A stretch of DNA of 64,000 bases, from positions 15,577 through 79,576 of the forward strand of contig DASUZB010000143.1 in assembly GCA_036377075.1 (NCBI GenBank), read 5' to 3'. The DNA is from Actinomycetes bacterium (lineage in GTDB: Bacteria > Actinomycetota > CALGFH01). The notes beneath the pieces were generated by a model. The model had not been told where the DNA came from, searched no databases, and saw only the letters and a list, made by a program, of their open reading frames with translations. The first letter of the stretch is position 1, and each line of letters opens with the position of its first letter. This document shows, piece by piece, positions 55,884 to 64,000 of this stretch. Position numbers and translations under genes: made by a program.

Positions 55884-58493
55884 TCAGGCGGTGATCGTCA
55901 GGGTGTGGTGCCCCGCGCCGGTCGCCACCGTCACCTCGGTCCCGCGGTTGGTCTCGCGGACCTGGAAGTCGTGCACGGTGTGCCCGTCGAGCACCACCGC
56001 GGTCGGGTGCGCACCGGCCGGGAGGGTGTGGCCGATGGCGACCTCGTCCGCGCCGACGCCGTCGCCGACGTCGACCCGCGTCGTGTAGGTGTCGCCGTTG
56101 TGGGAGGCGAACACGTCGACCGAGCCGCGGCCGAGCCGGATGTCCCGTCCCCGAACCGAGCTCTGCCCGTCGGGCACCTGCGGCACCAGCTCGAGGAACC
56201 CGTTGCCGAGGTCGGGCCGCACGCCCAGCCACTGGTGCACGACCGCCCAGGCGGTGCCGTAGTTGCCCCACGCCTGCATGAACATCGAGCGGCAGGTCCA
56301 GCAGCGGTCGATGTTGGCGCCCTGGTCGGGCGAGGGGAAGATCTCGGGCATCGCGCCCGGCTGCTCGTCCGGCGTCCCGCCGGTGGCGGGCTCGGAGAAC
56401 ATCGTCTCGGCCAGCGCGTGCGTGTAGCGCTGCTGCTGCCCGGCGCCGAGGCGGCCGTAGTTGCCCTCACCGATCGACTGGATCGAGGTGGTCAGGCCGA
56501 AGATGACCTTCTCACCCTTGCCTTCCGGCCCGCCGCCGCAGCCGGTGTGGAACAGCCCGGGGTTGAACGGGGGCGTGCCGCTGAAGCAGTCGTTCTCCCG
56601 CCCGGCGAGGGCGGTGTCGCCGTGGTCGAAGGGGGCAAGGCCGGGGACCGCCTGGCCCTTGATGCGCAGCTCCGCCTCCATCGGCGTCTGGCCGATCCAG
56701 TGCTTCTGGAAGGACTGGACGTCGCCGGGGTCGTTGAGGGAGTCGGCGTACTGCTGCGCCGCGGCGTACCACCAGGTGCCGTCGAAGCGCGACCGCGCCT
56801 TGTCGGCGAGGTCCTTGGCCCAGGCGTAGGTGTCGCCGTCGTGCTTGGCGCGGGCCATGTCGGCCAGGTCGTAGAGGCCCCGGATGAAGTACACGGTGTT
56901 GTCGAGCTTCTCCGGGCCCATCCCCGAGCGCTCGACGTTGCCGAGCCCCTCCGGCCAGCCGTCCTTGTCGGCGTCCAGGGTCCGCACCACGTAGCGCAGG
57001 TTGCGCACGGCGAAGTCGTAGAGGTCGTCGCGGAAGCGGTCGTCCCCGGTCCAGCGCCACAGCAGCGCGACCGCGCTGGGGAACTTGACCGTCTCGTCGG
57101 TGTTGAAGTCGTAGGAGACGGTCCCGTCGGGGTTGGTGTGGCGCGAGTCGTGCCCGAACCAGATGGAGCCGTCGGCCACCGACTCGTGCACCACCACGCC
57201 CGAGCGCTCGTTGAGCACGTCGGAGATGTCGCGCAGGGTGCGGAGGTTGGCCTTCATGGTCTCGAACTGGCCCAGCGCGACCGCGGCGAAGGCGGTGTAC
57301 TCCGCGTCGGTGCCGAAGATCCACGGGTAGTCGGGGAAGCCGGCGCCGATCCAGGTCGCCTTGTCCACGGTGCCGAGCGGCGCCGGGAACTGCTTGCCCT
57401 GGTTGGTCCAGCGGATCTGGAGGTTCTCGGCAGTCTGGGTGAGGTCGGCCAGGTTCTGCTTGCCCCACTCGATCGAGTCCTGCACCAGCTGGTCGCCCGG
57501 CAGGGAGAGCTTGGTCCTGGCGGCGAGCCGCTGGCGCGAGGCGACCTTGTCGGCGAACTGCCCGGCGGGGTCCTTCAGCACCTGGGCCAGCTCGTCGCGC
57601 GCCGGCGCCAGGCCCCTGTCCGAGCCGGCCACGGCCAGCCACACGGTCTTGGAGCCGCCGGCCGGGAGCGACAGCGTGTAGGTCAGCTCGCCGCCGGTGC
57701 CCTTGCCGAAGGGACCGTCGTCGCACGCCGAGGGCTTGGGATCGGCGGGTGCGCCCGGCTCGGTGCCGTCGCAGCGGTGACCGGGCTGCGGGCCCCAGAA
57801 CTGGTCGCCGATCGCGCCGGAGTCGGGCTTGATGGAGGTGCCCACGAGCGCGGCGTAGTGGTGCTCCGGGGCACCGGGCAGCGCGCCGTCGTCGGTGAAC
57901 ACCAGGCTGTCGCCGTCGAAGCTGCCCTTGTCGGGGATGTTGTCGCTGGCGTTGGGGGTGACGCCGCCGAAGCCCCATGGGTAGTGGCCCATCAGCTCGG
58001 AGTGGGCGTCGACCGACAGCTTCGCGGTCCGCGCCGCCCCCGGGTTGGTGATCTTCAGGCCGAACAGCGCTCCGCGGCGCCCGTCGGGCGCGAAGTCCGT
58101 GCGCTCGACCTTCAGGCCCGCCGTGTCCGGCAGGTCGAAGCGGGAATAGCCCCAACCGCTCGAGAACTTCGAGGCGGGCCCGACCCACTGGCCGTCGAGC
58201 CCGAACCAGACCCCGTCGACCAGCTTCAGCGGCGGCGTCCAGACGCCGCCCATCTCGCCGGTGATGTGCCAGCCGTTGCCGTAGAAGCGCCCGTCCTCGA
58301 AGCCGATCGCGTAGGCGCGCGTCCCCGCGGCGACCTCGCGCCGGTCCTGCAGGCGGCTGGTGACGGACAGCTCCGGCGACGCGGAGCTCGCCGCCAGTAC
58401 GACAGGCGCGGAGCTCGCCGCCGCCTGCCCGCCGACCGCGATGCTCAGCACCACGGCGAGCACCGACAGCACGGCCATGAACCTACGAGACAT
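55884..58493 (-). CDS. secreted (alpha/alpha)6 six-hairpin glycoside hydrolase, amylo-alpha-1,6-glucosidase / glycogen-debranching-like
   Basis: GGAGG RBS and a signal peptide (MSRRFMAVLSVLAVVLSIAVGG). GFPDYPWIFGTDAEYTAFAAV motif. The family assignment is by eye only. Confidence 0.7.
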   Translation of the reverse strand: MSRRFMAVLSVLAVVLSIAVGGQAAASSAPVVLAASSASPELSVTSRLQDRREVAAGTRAYAIGFEDGRFYGNGWHITGEMGGVWTPPLKLVDGVWFGLDGQWVGPASKFSSGWGYSRFDLPDTAGLKVERTDFAPDGRRGALFGLKITNPGAARTAKLSVDAHSELMGHYPWGFGGVTPNASDNIPDKGSFDGDSLVFTDDGALPGAPEHHYAALVGTSIKPDSGAIGDQFWGPQPGHRCDGTEPGAPADPKPSACDDGPFGKGTGGELTYTLSLPAGGSKTVWLAVAGSDRGLAPARDELAQVLKDPAGQFADKVASRQRLAARTKLSLPGDQLVQDSIEWGKQNLADLTQTAENLQIRWTNQGKQFPAPLGTVDKATWIGAGFPDYPWIFGTDAEYTAFAAVALGQFETMKANLRTLRDISDVLNERSGVVVHESVADGSIWFGHDSRHTNPDGTVSYDFNTDETVKFPSAVALLWRWTGDDRFRDDLYDFAVRNLRYVVRTLDADKDGWPEGLGNVERSGMGPEKLDNTVYFIRGLYDLADMARAKHDGDTYAWAKDLADKARSRFDGTWWYAAAQQYADSLNDPGDVQSFQKHWIGQTPMEAELRIKGQAVPGLAPFDHGDTALAGRENDCFSGTPPFNPGLFHTGCGGGPEGKGEKVIFGLTTSIQSIGEGNYGRLGAGQQQRYTHALAETMFSEPATGGTPDEQPGAMPEIFPSPDQGANIDRCWTCRSMFMQAWGNYGTAWAVVHQWLGVRPDLGNGFLELVPQVPDGQSSVRGRDIRLGRGSVDVFASHNGDTYTTRVDVGDGVGADEVAIGHTLPAGAHPTAVVLDGHTVHDFQVRETNRGTEVTVATGAGHHTLTITA

Positions 58494-58751
58494 ACCCTCT
58501 CCCTCCTGACGTTCCTGGGCCCCTTTGCTCAGAGCGAGCTGGAGTCGGGCAGCGTGCGCACGTTGTTGGCGGCTGGGGGATGGCACGAACGATCGGGGAC
58601 CGGGCTGCGCAATCTATCGCCAATGTACGTTTGCCGGCGCGCTTGCCTCCCTGGGCGTTCTCGCGCGGCCGCGGGTCTTCCTACCCAGGAGGGTCCCAAG
58701 CCATGCAGGGGTCCGGTGCTCGAGTAGCGAAGCGGTATCTCCGGGTGGAAA

Positions 58752-58782
58752 GGTGCGCGGAGCCTCCCGGGCTCCGCGCACC
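58752..58782. other. perfect 13-bp stem / 5-nt loop GC-rich hairpin in an unassigned region
   Basis: GGTGCGCGGAGCC-TCCCG-GGCTCCGCGCACC. No adjacent gene end and no U-tract. Confidence 0.4.
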
Positions 58783-59174
58783 TGCGTGAGCAGGGCCTCG
58801 GCAAAGTGCGGGCTTGACTGGCTGGTCATGGTCGAAGCCTAGGCCCGCGGCGGTCATCATCCCCATCCCTGTCGCCGCCCATCCGGCCGCGGTTGCCGCG
58901 CCGGTGCCGCGCCGGCGCCGCGCCGACCGCCAGCTCCCGACCAAAGCCGCAGCCTGCTCGACCACCTCACCCAAGCCCTGTGCACCATCCGCTGAGCCCG
59001 ATGCTTGCTGGCCGACGGTGCCGCACCGTGACGGGTATACGCGCTCACCAGCCTCACGCCGGCCAGGCAAGCCTGCCCGCCTCGCCGGCTCCGTGCGCGG
59101 ACGCTGCGGCTCGAGGCGCTGTACCACGTCGTCAGCCCGCACCGTCACCCAGCCACGATTACGGCGGTACCGTT

Positions 59175-60224
59175 TCAAGCGCGCCCGAGGTAGGAGTCCT
59201 CCAGCAGGGAGCCCAGCTCCCGCAGCGGCGCGTCGGCGAAGCCGCTGGCCTCCTCGTCGCCCAACGCCCCCACCGTCCGGTTCCAGGTCAGGGTGCGGGC
59301 GACCTTGCCCACCCGGCAGGCCAGCTCCAGCGCCGCGACCAGCTCCGCGTGCGGCGCGAGGTCGCCGAACGGCTCCAGGTAGGCGTCCCTGAGGCGCAGC
59401 AGCTCCGGGGCGTCGTCGCCGACGCCGAGGTGGTCGCGCGTAAAGCCCAGCGGCACCAGCATGCTGACGAACGGGTGCGCCACCACGCTGTCGCCCCAGT
59501 CGTAGAACCTCGCCTGGCCGGCCCCGTCCGCCTCCGCGACCAGGATGTTCCACGGGTGCAGGTCGTTGTGGTCCAGGCTCGGCGACCCCGGCGCGGCGGC
59601 CAGCCGCCAGCACCAGCCGGCATACCGGTCGCGCATGGCAGCCACCCGCTGCCAGGTCGCCTGCTCGGCCGCGCCGCGCCGCTGGACCGACCGGCCCACG
59701 GCCTCCAGCGCCTCCTCGAACCGTGTCGGCATGATCGCGGCGCGCATGTCGGTGACGCCGAGCGCCAGCAGGGCGTCGGCGTGCGGGGCGAGGTCGCGCT
59801 GCAGCTGCCCGTACTGGGGCAGGGCCGCGACCATCGCGTCGACCAGGTCGCCGCCGGTGAGCCGGTCGCCAAGGGGAGGGCCGCCGTCGGGCAGCAGGAT
59901 CCAGGCTCGTGTGGTGTCAGCCGCGATGGGCGTGAGCACGTGGTCGGGGGCGACCCGCTGCAGCAGCTGGTAGAGCCCCACCTCGAAGGCGGTAGCGGGC
60001 CCGGTCGCCTTGAGCCAGACGCGGCCGTGGCTGGTCGGTGCCGTCAGCGCCGTCGCCCATGGCCGCAGGTGCGGCTGGTCGACCTGGCCGGTGCGCCGGA
60101 TGCCGGCAGCGGCGAGCTGCTCGTCCAGCCACGACACCGCTAGCGCACGCCACGACACCGACGACCAGACCTCGATGCCGCTGCCGTGGTGAAACCCCGC
60201 ACGCTTGGCCGCGCCGGTACTCAT
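59175..60224 (-). CDS. aminoglycoside/choline-kinase-like phosphotransferase (APH family)
   Basis: Catalytic loop LDHNDLHPWNILV and metal-binding FYDWGDS. The start at MSTGAAKR is tentative. Confidence 0.75.
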   Translation of the reverse strand: MSTGAAKRAGFHHGSGIEVWSSVSWRALAVSWLDEQLAAAGIRRTGQVDQPHLRPWATALTAPTSHGRVWLKATGPATAFEVGLYQLLQRVAPDHVLTPIAADTTRAWILLPDGGPPLGDRLTGGDLVDAMVAALPQYGQLQRDLAPHADALLALGVTDMRAAIMPTRFEEALEAVGRSVQRRGAAEQATWQRVAAMRDRYAGWCWRLAAAPGSPSLDHNDLHPWNILVAEADGAGQARFYDWGDSVVAHPFVSMLVPLGFTRDHLGVGDDAPELLRLRDAYLEPFGDLAPHAELVAALELACRVGKVARTLTWNRTVGALGDEEASGFADAPLRELGSLLEDSYLGRA

Positions 60225-60439
60225 AACCCCGGCATCGTCCCAGCGCCTGCCGCTAGGCACCAGGACGTTCCCCGGCAGTTCACCGGCGATTCCACGGCAG
60301 CGCCGACTCCTCCCTCGACCGCCACGACTGGCCGGTTCCTCTCGCAGGATGCCAGCCAAGTCTTGCACGGCGCTTGGGTCACGAGGCTGTGGCAGGATCG
60401 CCGAGAGCGATCAGAAGCAGTCCGAAGCGGAGGACGAGC

Positions 60440-63064
60440 ATGGCCGAGCGACTGGGTGACGGCGCTGCGGCGAGCCGGATGGACTTCGGCACACTGCTGC
60501 GCGCCTACCGGGAGTGGGGGTTGCTGTCGCAGGAGCAGCTGGGCGAGCGGTCCGGGCTGAGTGCACGCACGATCAGGGACCTGGAGAGAGGGGTCCGCCG
60601 CCCACGCGGTGGGTCGGTCCGGCTGCTGGCCGACGCGCTTGGGCTGGTGGGGTGGGAGCACCAGCGGTTCGAGGACGCGGCGCGCTGGGTCTCCTCGGCC
60701 GGGGGTCCGCCACCCCAGCCGGTACCGCGCCTGCCCGCGCCCCCGCACCAGCTGCCACCGGACGTTGCCGACTTCGTGGGTCGCGCCGAGCTGGTGGCCC
60801 AGCTTCGCGGGGGGCTCGCGCGCGGGCCAGACGGTGTGGCTGCGAGCGGCAACGGAACCGCAGTGGCGGTCTGCGCGGTCTCCGGCACAGCGGGGGTGGG
60901 CAAGAGTGCGCTGGCGGTCCACGTCGCCCACCAGCTGGCCGCCGTGTTCCCCGACGGCCAGCTGTACGCCAGCCTCCGTGGCGCCGGCGTGGCGGGCACG
61001 GCGCCGCCGGAGCCGGCGCAGGTGCTGGGCTGGTTCCTGCACGCGGTGGGCGTGGACGGCGGCGCGGTCCCCGCTGACACGGAGGAACTCGCGGCGCTGT
61101 ACCGCAGCCGCCTGGCCGGCCGGCGGGTGCTGGTGGTGCTGGACGACGCCGCCGGCGAGGCGCAGGTCCGCCCGCTGCTGCCCGGCGGCCCCAGCTGTGC
61201 GGTGCTGGTCACCAGCCGCGCCCGCCTGACCGCCTTGGAGGGTGCCCAGCTGGTGGACCTGGACGTGCTGGACGCCGACCAGGCGGTGGCGCTGCTGGGG
61301 CGGATCGCTGGGCCCGAGCGGGCAGCGGCCGAGCCCGTGGCGGCCACCGCGATCGTCGAAGCGTGTGGCCGGCTGCCGCTGGCGGTGCGGATCGCGGGGG
61401 CGCGGTTGGCGGCCCGCCCCCACTGGCGGCTTGGCCGGATGGCGGGCCTGCTGGCCGACGAGCGCGGCCGGCTGGACGAGCTGGCCCACGGTGATCTGGA
61501 GGTGCGGGCCAGCCTGTCGCTCAGCTACCAGGCGCTGGGCCAGCGGCAGCGGTGCCTGTTCCGCCGGCTGGGGCTGCTGGACGCGCCGGACGTGGCCGGT
61601 TGGGTCGCCGGCGCCCTGCTTGACTGCCCGGTCGCCGAGGCGGAGGCGCTGCTGGAGGACCTGGTCGAAGCGCAGCTGGTGGACGTGGCCACCTGGGATG
61701 CCAGCAGGCGGGCGCGGTACCGGCTGCATGACCTGGTGCGCCTGTTCGCCCGCGAGCGCGTGCGCGCCGAGGAACCGGTCGGGCAGCGGCACGCGGCGCT
61801 GCAGCGGGCATTTGAGGGTTGGCTGGCCCTGGCCGAACAGGCCGACCGGCGGCTGCCGGTGGGCTCTCTGGTCGGGGATGGCATCGCCACCGCGGGCTGG
61901 CGGCCAGGGCAGGTCGTGGCCGACGAGCTGCTCGGTGACCCGTTGGGATGGATGGAGGCCGAGCAGGCGGCGTTGCTGAGCGCGATCGGGCAGGCCAGCT
62001 CCCCTGATCCGGCGGCCGTGCCCGCAGGGGCGGCCACGCGGCTGGCCGGGCTCGCATGGCAGCTCGCCGGAGCGGCGACCGGATTCTATTGGTTGCGGGG
62101 CTGTCGCGATGACTACCGGCATGCCTGCGACCTTGCTTTGCGTGGCGCCCGGCGGGCCGGGATCGGCCGCGGTGCGGCCTGGATGCTCGCCGCCTTGGCC
62201 TGGGTAGCCGTCGATCGGATGCGCTTGGAGGAAGCCATGGTCCTGGCCGAGCAGGCCCGGAGGCTCCACCGGGAGGTCGGTGACCGTCGGGGGGAGGCCT
62301 ATGCCGTGCTCAAGGTCGGCCACGCGCATGAATACTGCGGACGCTTGGACGAGGCGGTCAGCCAGCTCGAGCATGCAGGAGAGCTGTACGACGAGCTCGG
62401 CGATGACCACGGCCGCGCATGGGTCCTGCAGACGCTCGGCAGGGTCCACCACAGGCAGGGCAGGCTCACCGAGGCCGCCGCCGAGCTGGAGCAGGCGCTG
62501 ACCGCCAGTCGCCGGGCAGGGGACCGGCGGACGGAGGCGATGGCCCTCCAGGAGCTCGGGCTGGTGCACCACAGTCTCGAGCAGCCCGGCGAAGCCACCG
62601 CCTGGCTGTTGCAGAGCCTGCAGCTGTACGGCGAGTCTGGCGACAGGCTCGGCGAAGGCTTCGCGCTGCAGGACCTGGGTGCCGTGCGGCTGCGCCAGGG
62701 CGCCTGCGAGGACGCGGCATCCACGTTCGAGCAGGCGCTGGACATCTTCCGCCGGCTCGGCGCGCGACGCACCGAGGCGACCGTGCTGCGCAGCCTCGGC
62801 GAGCTGCACCACGCACAGGGACGTCTGCAGCAAGCCAACGCCTACCTGCATGCGGCTGCGGTCATCCAACGAGAGCTCGGGCTGATGCCCCGGCTGGCAA
62901 GGACCTTGACCGCCCTCGCCGAGGTCCAAGCCGCCACCGGTGACCACGTGGCCGCCCTTCAGAGCCGGCGCGAGGCACGCCGGCTGTTCGAGGCCCTCGG
63001 GGAGCCGATGCCGAACGACAAGGCCTGGCGAGCCGCCGAGCCGCCCGCCGCGACCCCATCCTGA
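60440..63064 (+). CDS. STAND NTPase regulator: XRE-type HTH, NB-ARC and TPR repeats
   Basis: GGAGGA RBS. HTH LSQEQLGERSGLSARTIRDLERG. P-loop GTAGVGKSALAV. Walker B RVLVVLDDA. GRLPLAVRIAG. Multiple TPR units (LGDDHGRAWVLQTLG, etc.). Confidence 0.85.
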   Translation: MAERLGDGAAASRMDFGTLLRAYREWGLLSQEQLGERSGLSARTIRDLERGVRRPRGGSVRLLADALGLVGWEHQRFEDAARWVSSAGGPPPQPVPRLPAPPHQLPPDVADFVGRAELVAQLRGGLARGPDGVAASGNGTAVAVCAVSGTAGVGKSALAVHVAHQLAAVFPDGQLYASLRGAGVAGTAPPEPAQVLGWFLHAVGVDGGAVPADTEELAALYRSRLAGRRVLVVLDDAAGEAQVRPLLPGGPSCAVLVTSRARLTALEGAQLVDLDVLDADQAVALLGRIAGPERAAAEPVAATAIVEACGRLPLAVRIAGARLAARPHWRLGRMAGLLADERGRLDELAHGDLEVRASLSLSYQALGQRQRCLFRRLGLLDAPDVAGWVAGALLDCPVAEAEALLEDLVEAQLVDVATWDASRRARYRLHDLVRLFARERVRAEEPVGQRHAALQRAFEGWLALAEQADRRLPVGSLVGDGIATAGWRPGQVVADELLGDPLGWMEAEQAALLSAIGQASSPDPAAVPAGAATRLAGLAWQLAGAATGFYWLRGCRDDYRHACDLALRGARRAGIGRGAAWMLAALAWVAVDRMRLEEAMVLAEQARRLHREVGDRRGEAYAVLKVGHAHEYCGRLDEAVSQLEHAGELYDELGDDHGRAWVLQTLGRVHHRQGRLTEAAAELEQALTASRRAGDRRTEAMALQELGLVHHSLEQPGEATAWLLQSLQLYGESGDRLGEGFALQDLGAVRLRQGACEDAASTFEQALDIFRRLGARRTEATVLRSLGELHHAQGRLQQANAYLHAAAVIQRELGLMPRLARTLTALAEVQAATGDHVAALQSRREARRLFEALGEPMPNDKAWRAAEPPAATPS

Positions 63065-63195
63065 CGTCCGCGACATCAAGAACCCACCTGTCGAGCGATG
63101 CTCACGGGGCCGAAAGCAGTCGGCGAGGGCTGGCAGCTCAGGCGGAGCATTGTCTGGCCGACGTGGCTCCGCCCGGGCCAGACGTCATGCCAGTG

Positions 63196-63618
63196 TCAAG
63201 ATCCGTGGGGGCTGCTGGAGATCGGCTGGCCGATTGCGAGCAGGTTGCCTTCGCTGTCTTTGAACCAGGCGGCGCGTTCGCCGACGCCGCCCTTGCTCGG
63301 ATAGTTACCAGTGACCTCCGCGATCCCGTCGACCGTGGTCAGGCCCGGCACGTCATAGTGCTCGAACACCACCCCGTGGGCTTTAAGCTGCGCGACAGCC
63401 GCGCGGATGTCGCCGACCTCCCAGGCCATCTGGGTGTGCGAGCCCGAGGGAGCGCCGTCTGTTAGGAACAGCGCGAACTCACCGCTCGCGCAGCGGTAGC
63501 GCAGGCCACCCGGCCGCTCCTCGATCGGCTCCAGGCCGAGCTTCTCGGAATAGAAGGCCCGTGCCCGCTCCAGGTTCTGCGCGGGCAACCGCGTCGCAAC
63601 CCCACTACTGGCGAGCAT
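63196..63618 (-). CDS. VOC/glyoxalase-family protein
   Basis: AAGGAGG RBS. ARAFYSEKLGLEP...AWFKDSEGNLLAI. Confidence 0.85.
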   Translation of the reverse strand: MLASSGVATRLPAQNLERARAFYSEKLGLEPIEERPGGLRYRCASGEFALFLTDGAPSGSHTQMAWEVGDIRAAVAQLKAHGVVFEHYDVPGLTTVDGIAEVTGNYPSKGGVGERAAWFKDSEGNLLAIGQPISSSPHGS

Positions 63619-63655
63619 GATCGCAGTCCTCCTTGGCCGTCCGGGTCCGCGGCGC

Positions 63656-64000
63656 CTATGTGACCAGTTCGGCAACGAGGTTGATTCGTTCGACCCCGCC
63701 GAGGGCGCGGGAGATGATGCAACCCGCCTTTGCCTCTTCGGCTTGCTGCTGGAACGAGGCCTCGTCAAGGCCTGGGACCTCGGCGGTGGTCTCCAAGTCG
63801 ATCTGCTGGATCGTGGGGGCCCCGCCGAGGTTGCGGAGGTGGACGCGCCCGGCGGTCCTGATCGAGCGCGGCGGATGACCCGCCTCGCTGAGCGCCAGCG
63901 ACAGCGCCATCGAGAAACAGGCCGCGTGTGCCGCGGCGAGCAGCTCCTCGGGGTTGGTGCCGGCACCGCCGCGGCGCGCCTCCTCGGTCGGCAACACGCC
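63656..64000 (-). CDS. OsmC/Ohr-family peroxiredoxin, 5'-truncated by the window edge
   Basis: NPEELLAAAHAACFSMALS...AKAGCIISRAL, the two conserved Cys motifs of OsmC. Confidence 0.8.
   Translation of the reverse strand, partial: GVLPTEEARRGGAGTNPEELLAAAHAACFSMALSLALSEAGHPPRSIRTAGRVHLRNLGGAPTIQQIDLETTAEVPGLDEASFQQQAEEAKAGCIISRALGGVERINLVAELVT

Noticed and set aside
60221-63079. 952-aa minus-strand ORF opposite the STAND gene.
   Set aside because: It is an antisense shadow. The plus strand has clear HTH, NB-ARC and TPR motifs.
1-64000. Search for tRNA, rRNA, CRISPR arrays, transposases or integrases, and long direct or terminal repeats.
   Set aside because: None was recognised by eye: no T-loop GGTTCGAATCC-type contexts with cloverleaf partners, no regularly spaced repeats, and no DDE or tyrosine-recombinase motifs. 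Rfam, tRNAscan and ISfinder runs would be needed to be definitive.

Overview
This is 64 kb of very GC-rich, actinobacterial-type chromosome, gene-dense on both strands. About 50 protein-coding genes can be supported. I found no rRNA, tRNA, CRISPR array, transposase or integrase. All homology calls were made by eye from motifs in the supplied translations; no search was run.

Gene content, left to right:
- adk (5' partial).
- An orphan PotD-like binding lipoprotein flanked by two paralogous membrane-anchored CBM-like proteins.
- A DUF2690-like secreted protein and a 1309-aa secreted multidomain hydrolase.
- A MarR / histidine kinase / LuxR-type response regulator operon, then TetR, a DksA/TraR-like zinc finger protein and a PRC-barrel protein.
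- A divergent pair: a nuclease-like gene and an OLD/ABC-type ATPase.
- An L,D-transpeptidase, then acyl-CoA dehydrogenase / enoyl-CoA hydratase / AtuA, then bcp.
- A six-gene minus-strand block: ECF sigma, anti-sigma, PASTA pseudokinase, EccC, a YukD-ParA-like fusion and WXG100.
- DUF2203, MarR, DoxX, a CAP-domain protein, an MFS transporter and a CGNR zinc-finger protein.
- A membrane protein, a second ECF sigma and a sortase-anchored CHRD protein.
- An N-terminally extended NDH-2 and a CopC/CopD operon.
- A conservon (cvnA-B-C-D) followed by a second cvnA, then DUF485-ActP.
- A secreted six-hairpin glycosidase, an APH-like kinase, an HTH-NB-ARC-TPR STAND protein, a VOC protein and OsmC (partial).

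Most notable observations:
1. A compact type VII-like secretion block lacks EccB/D/E/MycP. Its partner proteins have visibly degenerate catalytic motifs (pseudokinase, pseudo-ParA).
2. The divergent nuclease-like / OLD-type ATPase pair is a candidate defence module.
3. Both cvnA sensor-kinase paralogs need a 1-nt frame correction to read their conserved C-terminal parts.
4. Several non-coding stretches are unexplained: 36.6-37.2 kb, 45.8-46.9 kb and 58.5-59.2 kb.
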